Part shown: one piece after another, positions 52,836 to 64,000 of the stretch
How positions within the stretch are numbered: the stretch's first letter is position 1
Layout: each line of letters starts with the position of its first letter
NCBI RefSeq assembly: GCF_009914755.1
Contig: NC_060934.1
Length of the DNA stretch: 64,000 nucleotides
Source: the human T2T-CHM13v2.0 reference genome, Homo sapiens
Strand: one strand, 5' to 3'
The notes under the pieces: model-generated
The model's database searches: none
What the model was told of the DNA's origin: nothing
The model's input: the letters and a program-made list of their open reading frames with translations, nothing else
Position numbers and translations under genes: made by a program

Positions 52836-54667
52836 TCCCCTTCATGCTTCAGCTTAGGCATCTCTCAGCGCTCAGAGCTCAGCGCCGCCCGCCCGCCCGG
52901 GAGTCTTCGTTGACACTGGCGTCCCAACCCGATTTGTCTCCCGCTATAAAATAAGCCGCCCTTCGAGAGGAGAGCTCCTGGTAGTCCTATTTCTACTTTC
53001 CAAGTCGTGTGTGGAGCTATCTACAGCTAGGCTGCTGTAGACCCGGACCACAATTCTTGATACTTGTCAACATTTGACCTTTCCATTTTCCTTGGGAGGT
53101 AGGCAGGCAGGCAGGAAGTAACATTCCCTTTTACAGATGAGAAAGGTGAGGCCAAGAGAACAAAAGTCACATAGCTGGTACACTTCCATTCCTGACTGAA
53201 CTGGGGCAGGGCATCTCCAAATACAAATGCTTCCCCCACCCAATCTCATTCAAATAGCCAAGTGGGGAAGGGATGGTTTCACTAAGGGTGAGAACCCATT
53301 AAAGCTGGAAGCAAACACTGACTAATGTGATACTATTGAAGGCCCCTAGGCCCTTACTACTCTCAAGAATCCTAAGCTGGTGATGGGAACAGAATTCATG
53401 GAAGAGCTGGACAGTGGGTCCTTTGGATTCCATCCAGCTCTGAGGCACATCTGGCATGGTCTCTCATCTGGGGCCAGCCTGAGTGGCTCCCCTGATCCTG
53501 ACTAGGGCCTCCCTAGGGACAGTGATGGGGGATGGGGGAAGACACATGCTCAAGGCACCTCATCCTAGTCCCCTCCCCCTTCCCAGGTCTCAATCTCACT
53601 CCCCTCAGGAAGGACAAGGATCATGGCCTCCCTCCACCTCCCCAGCTTTGTTTTGGCCTCAGGGAGACAGCCTCCCTCCTCCCACTCTGCTGGCTTTCTA
53701 GAGCAGGCTGCACAATGAGAGACACAAACACATACATGGAAATGTACCCAGGGTGACACAGTCACCTACACAAACACATGGCTCTTCCTACCAAACCCAG
53801 GAACATGCACATGCACAGATGTACTGGCCTCACATACCTCCCCATGTGGGAAAGAGAGGATGCCCGGGCAGCCAAGTGGTTTGGTGGACATGCAGGACAC
53901 CACATGGCACTTCCCAGGCCTAGAGCTTCTAGCTCTGTCTCTGGAGGGGAAGGAAGAGGATGTGTTTTCCTGGGGTTTGAGTGAAGTTCTGAAAGGTTTG
54001 TTGGGGGTTGAAGGATTCAGTTGTAAGAATAATCTCAGTACATGATTTGGTGTGGGGAGAGAGGGCTGACCCAGCACTAACTAAAGCCTCCCTACAGGGG
54101 CCAGGTGCTGGAGCCATAAGGTCTCTTGGAAACCAGACTGGGCAGCTGAACACTAAAGTCCCTCCTTGGGTCCACCTGGGCTATTTGTGGAAAAATTGGT
54201 GAAGGAGTGGGGTGTACTAAAGACCCCTATCTGTACCAGGAAGCCAGAGAGGCAGCAGGGATGAGACACGTCATAGACACTCACAGAGCCCCGCTGCAGA
54301 CATCACCACATGAAAGTACACAACTAGCACTGAACACTAATCTCACAACCACAAAACACAACACAACCTACTTTAACAAATTCTTGCCCAGAGGGCTTAT
54401 GGTCATGAAGGCTTACAAAGAGACAAGCCACCCTAAAGTAGAGCCCTGACACATTCTGGTAGTTACACACCACTTCATACAGAATTACACACTCACAACA
54501 CATCGTTGCACATAGAGACACATGGTCAAAACAACTTCATCAGTACAACCAGGGTCCTACGCAAACTCAAACATCTGACGAGACCATACAATTGCACTGC
54601 CACATACAATCACACTCACCCTAGCTGTCACCAAGCCCAGGGCACATGGCAACCAGCTGTGGGAGGT

Positions 54668-54694
54668 GCGCGCGCACACACACACACACACACA
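54668..54694. repeat. (CG)n(CA)n alternating purine-pyrimidine tract
   Basis: gcgcgcgcacacacacacacacacaca. Confidence 0.85.
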
Positions 54695-54984
54695 GAATGA
54701 CAGGTGCTCACGCACGTAACACCTCCCACTCCAGACACCCTCTCAGCCCTGTGTCACATACGCCCACACCTGCTGCCTCTCCACACCTGCCTCTTCTGTT
54801 CCTCCCCAACCCCTGCGGGACCCAAGGCTTTGAACCCCCAGTGTCCTGCCGCCCAGACCGGCCATAAGAGTGCCTGGGAATGGGGCAGAGTGTGGGTGCG
54901 GGCCAGGCCGGGGTCGGAGAGGCGGAAGGGTCTGGAGGAATGGAATCCACCCTCCCTCCCGCGACCCCCACGTCACTGACTCAC

Positions 54985-55057
54985 CCGTGAGCTGGTCGTA
55001 GGAGCCGTCCAGGTCTCGGGAATCGGACAAACTCTCCTTGCGGCCCTGGCCCCGCAT
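54985..55057 (-). CDS. KCNIP2: KCNIP2 exon 1a ([24 protein letters not shown]), 73 nt
   Basis: Known KChIP2 N-terminus; donor ACGG|gtgagt. Confidence 0.96.
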
Positions 55058-55128
55058 GGCCCCCGGCGCCCCGCTCCCGCCCGGGCCGTGGGAGGGGGCG
55101 CCGGGTGGCCGGGATAGGGCGCTCACAC

Positions 55129-55146
55129 GGCGCCCCCTGGCGGCCT
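55129..55146 (-). promoter_or_regulatory. CTCF core motif AGGCCGCCAGGGGGCGCC in the KCNIP2 5'UTR
   Basis: Matches the CCASYAGRKGGCRS-type consensus almost exactly. Confidence 0.7.
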
Positions 55147-57108
55147 ACTGTGCTGTCGGGGCTGGGGAAGTCCGGGCTGAGGCTGAGTCTGGGAATGGGC
55201 CCGGGGTCTGAGGTCTACCCGGAGGTCCTGGAGCAGGAGAGGGAACACTAGGCAGCAGGTGAGCGCAGAGCCGGAGGCAGAGCGGAGCTGAGCGCGGAGC
55301 CGAGCCGAGCTGCCTCTCTCCTCCCGCCCCCTCCCCGCGGCTGTCACCGCCTCCTCCCCTCTTTGGCGCTGCCGGGATTGGCTCCCCCTACCCCCGCCCC
55401 CCACCCTTTGCAGCCCGGGGGAGGCACCCGGTGAAAGGGTGAACTGCAAAGTGCGGGGAAGGAGACTAGCTCCCCAGCAATCTGCCCCTAAAGCAGAAGT
55501 CACGGGGCTTGGCGGGGGGGGGGGTGGGGGAGGAGGAGAGCGCGGGACAGAAGAGCCCCACTGAGAGGAGGAAACCCCGCCCCCAATTCTCAGGCACCCC
55601 GTCCCCCTTCGTCAACACAGTTCTGGCTGAGGCAGAGCCTGGGGTATCATATCTGAGTCCCCGCTCCGTTTGTCTCCATGTCAGCCTGTATTTTCTCTGT
55701 TGTTCCTCCTCCCGTGTATGCGTCTCTCGTGGTCCCAGACAGTCCCCACCGTGCTTAAAGCAGGTTAGGGATGCAAAGGAAGAGTCAACCCAGCCTCTAA
55801 TATTAGCAGGCTCATCGTGGGCCAATGGACTACTGTTTCATCTTCTCTCAAGTTCCAGAAGGACCCCAACTCTCACCCACTCCAGGACCCCGTCTCTGGA
55901 ACCTATTCACTCTCAGGGTGCCTCCTTCACTGATCTAATGAACCCCATAGGCCGACTAGGAAGATAAAAAAACTAGTGAACCAGGTCAGTTTCTCAAGAC
56001 ATCCTTGCTCTTTTGTTCCTCCCCTGCAGCAACTTTTCTGCCCTTCTCTTTTGTCACCTGTCCTGTCCTAGATTCCTTGTTTTCCAGCAGATATGGGGAG
56101 CAACTGACAGGTTTGGGGATCCAAGTCAGGATACAGAGTAGGAAAGAAATGCCCTTGTTATGAAACCCCTTCCTTAAGATTAGCTCCTTTCCAAAGGCAG
56201 GGCTAGCACGGAAGCTGGGCTGCCTCATCTCCCAGGAATGGATCCTGAGTGTTTTGAGCGTCACAGGTCTGACCTTCCTCAGGATGCTTCCTGGGCTCCA
56301 CACCCAAAAGCCCCCCAACCCGTTGCTATGAGGATGAGGGGACCTTGTCTGGTGGGTCCAAAGGAGTGACCTGTTAAGACCAAAAACTTTAAAGTGACTC
56401 AAGCACACTTAATCTCTTCAATTGGCTTTAATTTCCAACCACTTGATTTAATCAACCCAGCAGGAATTGTGGCGGGAGTTCAGGCCTAAGAGGGGGACAA
56501 GTGGCTGAGGGTAAGATTGTCTTTAGGAGCAATGCCCTGCGCTTGGATCTCCCTTGGCTCTGGAGGAGGCTCCACAGACCTGGTATAGAGGCTGGGCATA
56601 GAAAGTGCTTGGGCAGCTCCTGTTAAGGTTGATTTCCAGGAGAGAATGGGCACTCTCGTTTGGAGTTCTGGGATAGGTATATGTGAATAAACTGGTCAAG
56701 AGAAGGGCCTTTACAATGGAGGGCAAGGAGCCCTCTGCTTAGTGCCCCATGCCCTAGACCTGTCCTCATTCACTTGGAGGAAAGGCTGGCAGGAATCCGT
56801 AAGTGGCCAAATGGGTTGGCTTGCCTCCTCAATACCACTAAGTTTGGAGATAAGGGAACTAACTCTCTTCTCCCTCCTTCTACCCAGAGGACAAGAGAGG
56901 TTACAGCTCTCCGAACCCAACTGACCTCTACTAGGGCCAGGAGACTCAGAGGAAGGAGGAGAGTTCACAAGGGCAGGTAGGGGTCCCCTAGCCAGATGGC
57001 AGCAGCACCTAGGAGATTACCTTACCTCTATCTTTGAGGAATGAGTCTGGGCAACAGAGATTAAGGGAAAAAAAAGCAACACTAAAGACAGTCCCACACA
57101 AATCAATT

Positions 57109-57114
57109 TTTAAT
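57109..57114 (-). terminator. ARMH3 distal polyA signal ATTAAA with a downstream GU/U-rich element
   Basis: On the - strand ATTAAA is followed by ttgtgtgggactgtctttagtgttgctttttttt. Confidence 0.65.
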
Positions 57115-58167
57115 AATTTCAACTTGCCACCAGCTCCAAATCCAGCTGCCTTGGGGATTTATCACCAGGGAAAACACTAAATGCCCCAGGCTGAGCTATC
57201 CATCCAGTGATCAGATGACCCAGCCTGTGATCTCTTAAGAACCTACATCTACACATGGCAGCCTGTTAGTGGCTTCTCTGGAACTAGTGCATAGCTGCTC
57301 AATGTTAGAGCCAGAACTCTGGTTCCCAGGGAGGGCGAGTATCCCAAAGAGATTTGAGGTTAAATGGATGGCAGTCCAGGTGGTCCCAGACATGCTCTCA
57401 CTGCTGAATTCCTGCACTTACTCCTAGAATATACCAGTGCTGTTTGCTCCCGCCATCCTGAGGGCTTTAGAAAGTGCTTTAAAAAGGGAGGATCTCGAAG
57501 CAGCAGCTATTTCAGAGGCAGCTGTTGGGAAAGCCTATAGTGGTTCCATGGAGGCTATCCAAGGGAGGAACCACAAGCCAACTCCCCATAAGTCAGGAGA
57601 TTTGCCTGTGGCCCCACCCAGAATCTGAGCGGACAGAATGGAGGCCTTATGCATGATGCTCACCTGGCCTGTTTCAGATGGAGGGCACCCTACCCCCAGA
57701 AAGTTCTCTCCCTCCCAGGCACTAGACCATGACAGGAATAGATTCCTCCCCAGAGGAAATTCTCAGGCAGGTTGGATGTAAACAACAGCAGGGTAAGGGG
57801 GTGGAACACGTGGAGGGGAGCTCAGCAGAGGCAGGAGAGGCTGCCAGAGGAGGGGGGGCTAAGGGAGGTGGGGGAGCTGCTGGAAAGGGAACCAGCAAAG
57901 TAGGCACCTTGAGGGCTCCAGAAAGCCTGTCAATGTTTATTTCATACACACCCTAAAGACAGTAAAGCAGATTAGAAATTAAAAGTTAAGGTGGTGACCC
58001 TATTGTGCTGATGAGTCAAATGGGCCAGAAGAAGGGGAAAGCTAACGGTACTCCTGGTGCCAAAACTAAAATTCAAAAGGCGGTGACTGGACAGCAGAGC
58101 ACTGGGCAGATTCTCATCTCCAGTTTTCCCAGAGAAGTCAATTCTGAATTCAGAAAATAGGAAAACT

Positions 58168-58465
58168 GGCTGGGTGTGGTGGCTCACGCCTGTAATCCCA
58201 GCACTTTGGGAGGCCAAGGTGGGTGGATCATGAACTCAGGATATTGAGACCATCCTGGGTAACATGGTGAAACTCCATCTCTACTAAAAATACAAAAAAT
58301 TAGCCGGGCGTGGCACACGCTCCTGTAGTCCCAGCTACTCGGGAGGCTGAGGCAGGAGAATCGCTTGAACCCAGGAAGCGGAGGCTGCAGTAAAGCCGAG
58401 ATCACGCCACTGCATTCCAGCCTGGGCGACAGAGTGAGACTCCGTCTCAGAAAAAAAAGGAAAAA
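58168..58465 (+). mobile_element. Alu in the ARMH3 3'UTR, antisense to the mRNA
   Basis: Full-length Alu between the stop codon and both polyA signals. Confidence 0.9.
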
Positions 58466-59015
58466 GGTACCCTATTCCTATCTTACCCTAAATCTGAGCC
58501 AAAGGTCCCGATGACTGGACAAAGTGCCAGTGCAGGCAGGGGACACAGATTTCAAGCCAAGCACAGCCCCAGGCCCAAAGGAAGCAGGATGTAGCTCCAG
58601 CTATATCTGAGAGTTGATCTGTTTTCAGAAGCCGAGCAGAGCCACTGACTTTCAGGGTGCTGGCATTACCCTGAGGCTTGCCTCACCAGCTCCCGAAAAT
58701 TAGTCAGTAGCTACAGCTTGTAACCTCAAGATTGGAAATGTGAGGGGCTGTTTAGGGAGCCCACTCTGGAAGTCCCCACATTCCTGGAGGCCTCTCCCCA
58801 CTGTGCCCACCCATTCCTCCCCAAATAAGATTATCCCTGGCTTGACCCTCCTGCCCCTGCTGCCCAAGCTCCATTGAAGTGCGGTCTTCACCAAGAGAAC
58901 TTGGTATCTGTGTTTCTCTCCAACCTCGGGGGCAGCCCCCTCTCCCCTCGCTCCCCCTCCAGCCCATGATCCTCATGGGTAAGGGCAGTCAGAGGCTGCT
59001 CAGGTAGGCGTGGCC

Positions 59016-59108
59016 TCAGGAGATAGTGGAGAACTCCTTGAGCAGGACTTCTTGGCTGAGTGTGTGGAAGGCCAGGTTTCTCCGGACGTTGGTGCTAATG
59101 GATCGAAC
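59016..59108 (-). CDS. ARMH3: ARMH3 (C10orf76) last coding exon ([30 protein letters not shown])
   Basis: cccag|GTT...TGA; recognised C-terminus; lies in ORF 59016..59210. Confidence 0.9.
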   Translation of the reverse strand, partial: VRSISTNVRRNLAFHTLSQEVLLKEFSTIS

Positions 59109-61263
59109 CTGGGAAAGGGTAGTTGGGGAAGGTGGGAGGGCGCAGCCAGAGAGAAAACAGGAGAGAGTCAGTTCTAAACGGCAGAGGACAGTGCCTGCTA
59201 CACGGGGCACTAGAAGTCTCTCTCTTAGGAAATGAACCCTTAACAGCTATTATCCCTGCAGGCAAATGAGCAAACAGTTCCTTGACAGCAGGGAAGGAGA
59301 GAAGAGGGGTGGACAGGAACAAACTCTGGAGGATGTAAGAAGAGCATCTGGGCTCCTGGGGAGGTAGAAGCAGGCACAGACAAGAAAGGAGGGCTGAGGC
59401 TGACATCTGTCTCTGCTTTGGCTATGCAGAAGGGGGACTGGGCTGCTCAGTGATCTGATGGAGGAGGAGAAACTGAGGCCAGAAGACTCATGCTCTAGCA
59501 CCACCTCTCTTTAGATGTGTTTCTAGTCTCTTCACTCTCCCTTTGGATTTATTTACATTTTGGGGTTAGAAGGAGCATTTAGAGATGCAGTCCTTTTCTG
59601 GCACAGATGGCAAGAGTAGGATCCAAGGAGGCCAATTTCAATGGCCAGGGCCAGGTGACATTGCTAGTGAGTCCCAGCTTGGGAGCAGGGCCGAGGGTTC
59701 TTAACTCCTAGTCTAGCACTCCTTCTAAAGATGCCTGCCCACTCGAGAGGAAAGTCTGGGGCGTATCCTTGCTGTGTGCCCACTGCTCACCTCACATACT
59801 CTCTACCCACAGAACCCTAACCCAGTGTTGCCTGGGTCAGCAGGGTAAAAGCCTGTAGAGAAAGGGTCAGAGGGCCCAAGTCCCTACTCTGAGAGGGTTC
59901 CAAGAGGAATCTGGCAGACTCTTCAAGGAGATTTCCCCACAGGAAATAGCTGTGTAGATTGCCTGAGAAACAAAAAGGGGAAGGAGGAGGAGAGTGTGTC
60001 TGCCCTGGGCCCCAAAGTCTCAGGAGCTTTCCTTCAATTTCTGCTATGCTATAGGAAACTTAATGAAGTCATCAGGAAGGAAGCAGAGGAAAGGGCAGCA
60101 TGGCAAACAGCAGGAAACTTGAGCTCATTAGCTCCAAACTGGACCAGACCCTCTTTGCTCCCCTGTGCCAGGGGAACAAATATGAGCAGAACTGAGTAAG
60201 GCCGTGGTGAGTGTCTCAGAGCCTCGAGACACCGCTCCCGTAACCCTCTCCAGCTCCTCACAGATTGCTCTCTGTTAACCATTTGCTCCCAGAACTTCCT
60301 CCACATCAACTTAAAGACTTGCCAACCATCCCATAAAAATGTTCCACTCTGCTATCACTTTACACTAATGGTTTCTGTGTTCCAAACTAACTCACCCCAG
60401 AGCATGTCTTCCTGACCCTGTGGAAGTCCAAAATCCTGAGGAATGTCATGTCAGGATCAGAGTTGGGCTGTGTTTAGCACAAGACAAACGATCTAATACG
60501 CAGTGCCTTCACCACAATTGGCATGGGGTAAGTAAAAGCTGAGCTGACGCAAGTTCAGCCCCAGCAGAGGGAGGTCTAAGGACAGGGGAAGTGGGTACAG
60601 AGGCCTGCAGGTCCTGGTCTCAGTCCCCAGCCAGGATGTTTGTGTAAACCAAGCTGGTAGGGTTACAGGACTGCAGGGGGGCTGAGCTTTTCTTGAGAAC
60701 AGCTCAGAGTACAGGGCAGGAAAGGGACCATCAATAGGGCTAGCTCTGTGGAGACACTGACTGGGAACTTAAGTAGGAGGCAGAGCAAATGCTCATGGCT
60801 CCAAGTGCCCAAGGGTGGGGGCTGCAGGAAGCTAAGTGATTGGAAAGCAGGGAATGGAGACTGGAGAACTAGATTGGGAGGGGACTCAGACCAGCGGCCA
60901 GTTAGGAGTTTAGGAAGACGTGATTCCATAAGAAGGGGAAGAATTAATTACTTTTATTAGTTGCCCTGAGGACAGGTTAAGGAATAATGAGCCAGATCTG
61001 CTGCTGGGAACACACGTCAAACCCCAGGCCCAGCTGGAGCTGTGCAAGGGCTGTCTCCATGGCTGCAAAGGAGAAGTAGGCAATACTACCTCGAATAGCA
61101 TCTTCTCTTACTGCCTGGTACAATGGGGGAGAGAAGTTGCATACCCCATCCCAGCAGACCCCTCAAGTCTTGTTTTATCTGCAGATAAACTGCAGATAAA
61201 CTGCAGAACCCAGTGGCTGGGGGCGGGCCCCTAAGACACAGGCAGAGGCGGTGGGGCACTCAC

Positions 61264-61380
61264 CAGCTCTTTGAAGAAGGCAGCTTCCTTGTGCTGCTCT
61301 GAGTAGCGCTCATACTGGTCCAGGCCATCCTGCAGCTTCAGCGTGAGCGTGTCATAGTTGGCTCTCACCACCTCCAGCAC
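61264..61380 (-). CDS. ARMH3: ARMH3 penultimate exon ([39 protein letters not shown]), 117 nt
   Basis: tccag|GTG...CTG|gtgagt; phase 0 joins the last exon. Confidence 0.9.
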
Positions 61381-61451
61381 CTGGAGGACATCAAGGGCCA
61401 GGCAGGGCTTAGGCCATGCAAATCCCACAACCCTGAGCCCCATTCTGCTGA

Positions 61452-62212
<761 letters not shown>

Positions 62213-64000
62213 CGACTTTCTCATCTCTTCTATTCCCTGCCTTTCCTGACCAGCCCAGCCTGGCCACCAAGTCTGTTTACTCTGAGTACGGCAAAAGAGC
62301 ATGAGAAGAGGTTACAGAACAGTGAGCATCTCAGCTCACCAATATCCCTGACACCACAAATGTGCTCTCAGCCTTATCCTGAAGCTTTCCCTGGCCAGGC
62401 TGTCACAGTTGCTGAGTAAGACTTTGCCAATGTCTCCTTCCTTCTCCCGTTCTGGGAACCACATTTCTTCAGTCTTGGGATGTTCCTCAGCACCATCTGC
62501 TACTTGTTTTCATTGCTCAGTGCCAACTCAGTCTTCTTATCCAGTGCCTGGATTGAACTTTAGGGCATCCCAGCCTTTGGGTATAGGGTACGCTTTCAAG
62601 ACTAAGCTAGAGCCTTTATTCTGTGGGGTTTTTCTCCCACAACATCTCTCTGATTTTCTATGCGGGGAGGATTCAGACTTCCACTGACTCCAGGAAACTT
62701 GACTATCTGTGGTTACAGAAAGAAGGGACTGTTCATAGCCAGGCCAGATGTGACTTCAGCTTGTAAGATCATGAATCAAAGGCAAGGACAATCAGGGGAG
62801 AGGCACTACACATCAAATCAGAAGTGAGCTAGGAAGAAAGGGGAGACCAAGAAAGGGGATGATCATTCACTCTGATCATCGGAGTGAAGTTGATCTGACC
62901 TGGAGGAAAGCCTATGGCATCATGGAGAGCTCCCTGCTCAGTAGGGAGCTTGGAGGAATTAGTGAGTGACAAGGAACACACAGCTCTGACAGAAGGGGGT
63001 TGGGGGTTGGGAAGAGGAAATAAGCCAGAGTCAGGATGGAGGACAGGCTCTTGAGGGGCCCAAAGGTGCCTCTGCACTGTTCCCTGCACCAGTCCAAATT
63101 TGTGCCAGGCAGACTTCACTTGGTAGCAAACACTCTGGCTGCCAAAAATTCCTGAGGAGAGAGAAGGGCTAGAGGGCACAGGGAAGGCTTGTGTCCCAAT
63201 GGGAGAGTTACCGAGTTCGGTTTGGGAGGGAAGGAACAGCTAGGGCAAAGGGCTGGCCCAGCTTTCTCCCCTTCAGACACCCAGCTCTACAAGATCATTT
63301 TGCCTGGTGTGTCCCACAGACTGTAGTATAGGCTGGTTCCTCTGCTTCTCATTCCACTTGTCAGTTCTGTAGGCAGGAGGACTGGTACCCAGCAACAGCA
63401 GTCACCCACAAAGTAATCTGGTCCTCTCATGCACGTGGGCTGCACTCGTGGCTGGAATATCTGCAGCCAAGGTCTTGGCTCAGAAGTGAATGGCTCAAGC
63501 CCAGAAAAAGGCAAAATTCCTCCAAGATGGAATCAGCCCCTAGGAACCAGGCAGAATAGAGTAATACATGTTTTCCTATGCCCTGAAATCTGGGGAGCCT
63601 CAGCAATGCTTAAGACCCAGCAACTTGGGCTCAGCCTTTCCTGAGCGGTGTCAAGTGCCAAAGGACAAACATCATGCTAAAGTCAATTTCTGCGAAAGAG
63701 GTTACTGCATATGAAGAGATGGCTGAACCTTCTGACTACATCCTGAGAGCCTCAGGCCGCAGGTAAGGCTGCTTTGATCACCTGGACTCTCTCCTCTTGC
63801 CAGGGCATGGTAGAAGGTCTAAGGTCTCACTTAGAAGAGTGATTTCTTCCTATCCCAATAAAGCTGGCTTTTGCCAGCATGGTTTAGTTTAGTTTGTTAC
63901 AGGGAGGTGAGAGCAGAAAAGGTCCCTGAGCTACTAGCTCCTTGGAAGAAAACCAGAAGCAGCCGGACATGGTGGCTCACGCCTGTAATCCCAGCACTTT

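Larger units (their letters stand above)
51160..52970. promoter_or_regulatory. CpG-rich region with the alternative KCNIP2 promoter and the RE1 site
   Basis: Raised CpG density around the MNRCP exon and at 52270-52960. Confidence 0.7.
54840..55620 (-). promoter_or_regulatory. KCNIP2 distal CpG-island promoter with GC boxes and a CCAAT box near 55377
   Basis: CpG-dense; CCCCGCCCC and ATTGG upstream of exon 1a. Confidence 0.8.

Overview
Human-like, Alu-dense genomic DNA. It matches the chr10q24.32 block of three tandem minus-strand genes. (1) OGA/MGEA5 (O-GlcNAcase), coding exons 1-14 at 29511->2392; exon sizes chain in frame to c.2454 and the last exons lie left of the window. (2) The complete KCNIP2 (KChIP2) gene, with three alternative first exons, a GC-AG intron and four EF-hand exons; the main path is 813 nt = 270 aa + stop. 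(3) The last two exons and 3'UTR of ARMH3/C10orf76. A plus-strand antisense RNA (KCNIP2-AS1) probably runs from the OGA CpG island into KCNIP2. The most interesting signal lies in OGA introns 10-11 (4440-9475). It contains a 54-nt in-frame cassette whose alternative downstream donors add a stop codon, four cryptic acceptors that all lead to premature stops, a candidate alternative last exon, and about 11 GCGC motifs in otherwise CpG-poor AT-rich DNA. This looks like a splicing control module for O-GlcNAc homeostasis. Other candidates are a GATA/E-box/MEIS element with alternative hairpins in KCNIP2 intron 1, a possible internal promoter in intron 4, an overlapping uORF on the KChIP2x exon and a REST site. 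Exon boundaries were counted by hand. Repeat boundaries and family names are approximate.
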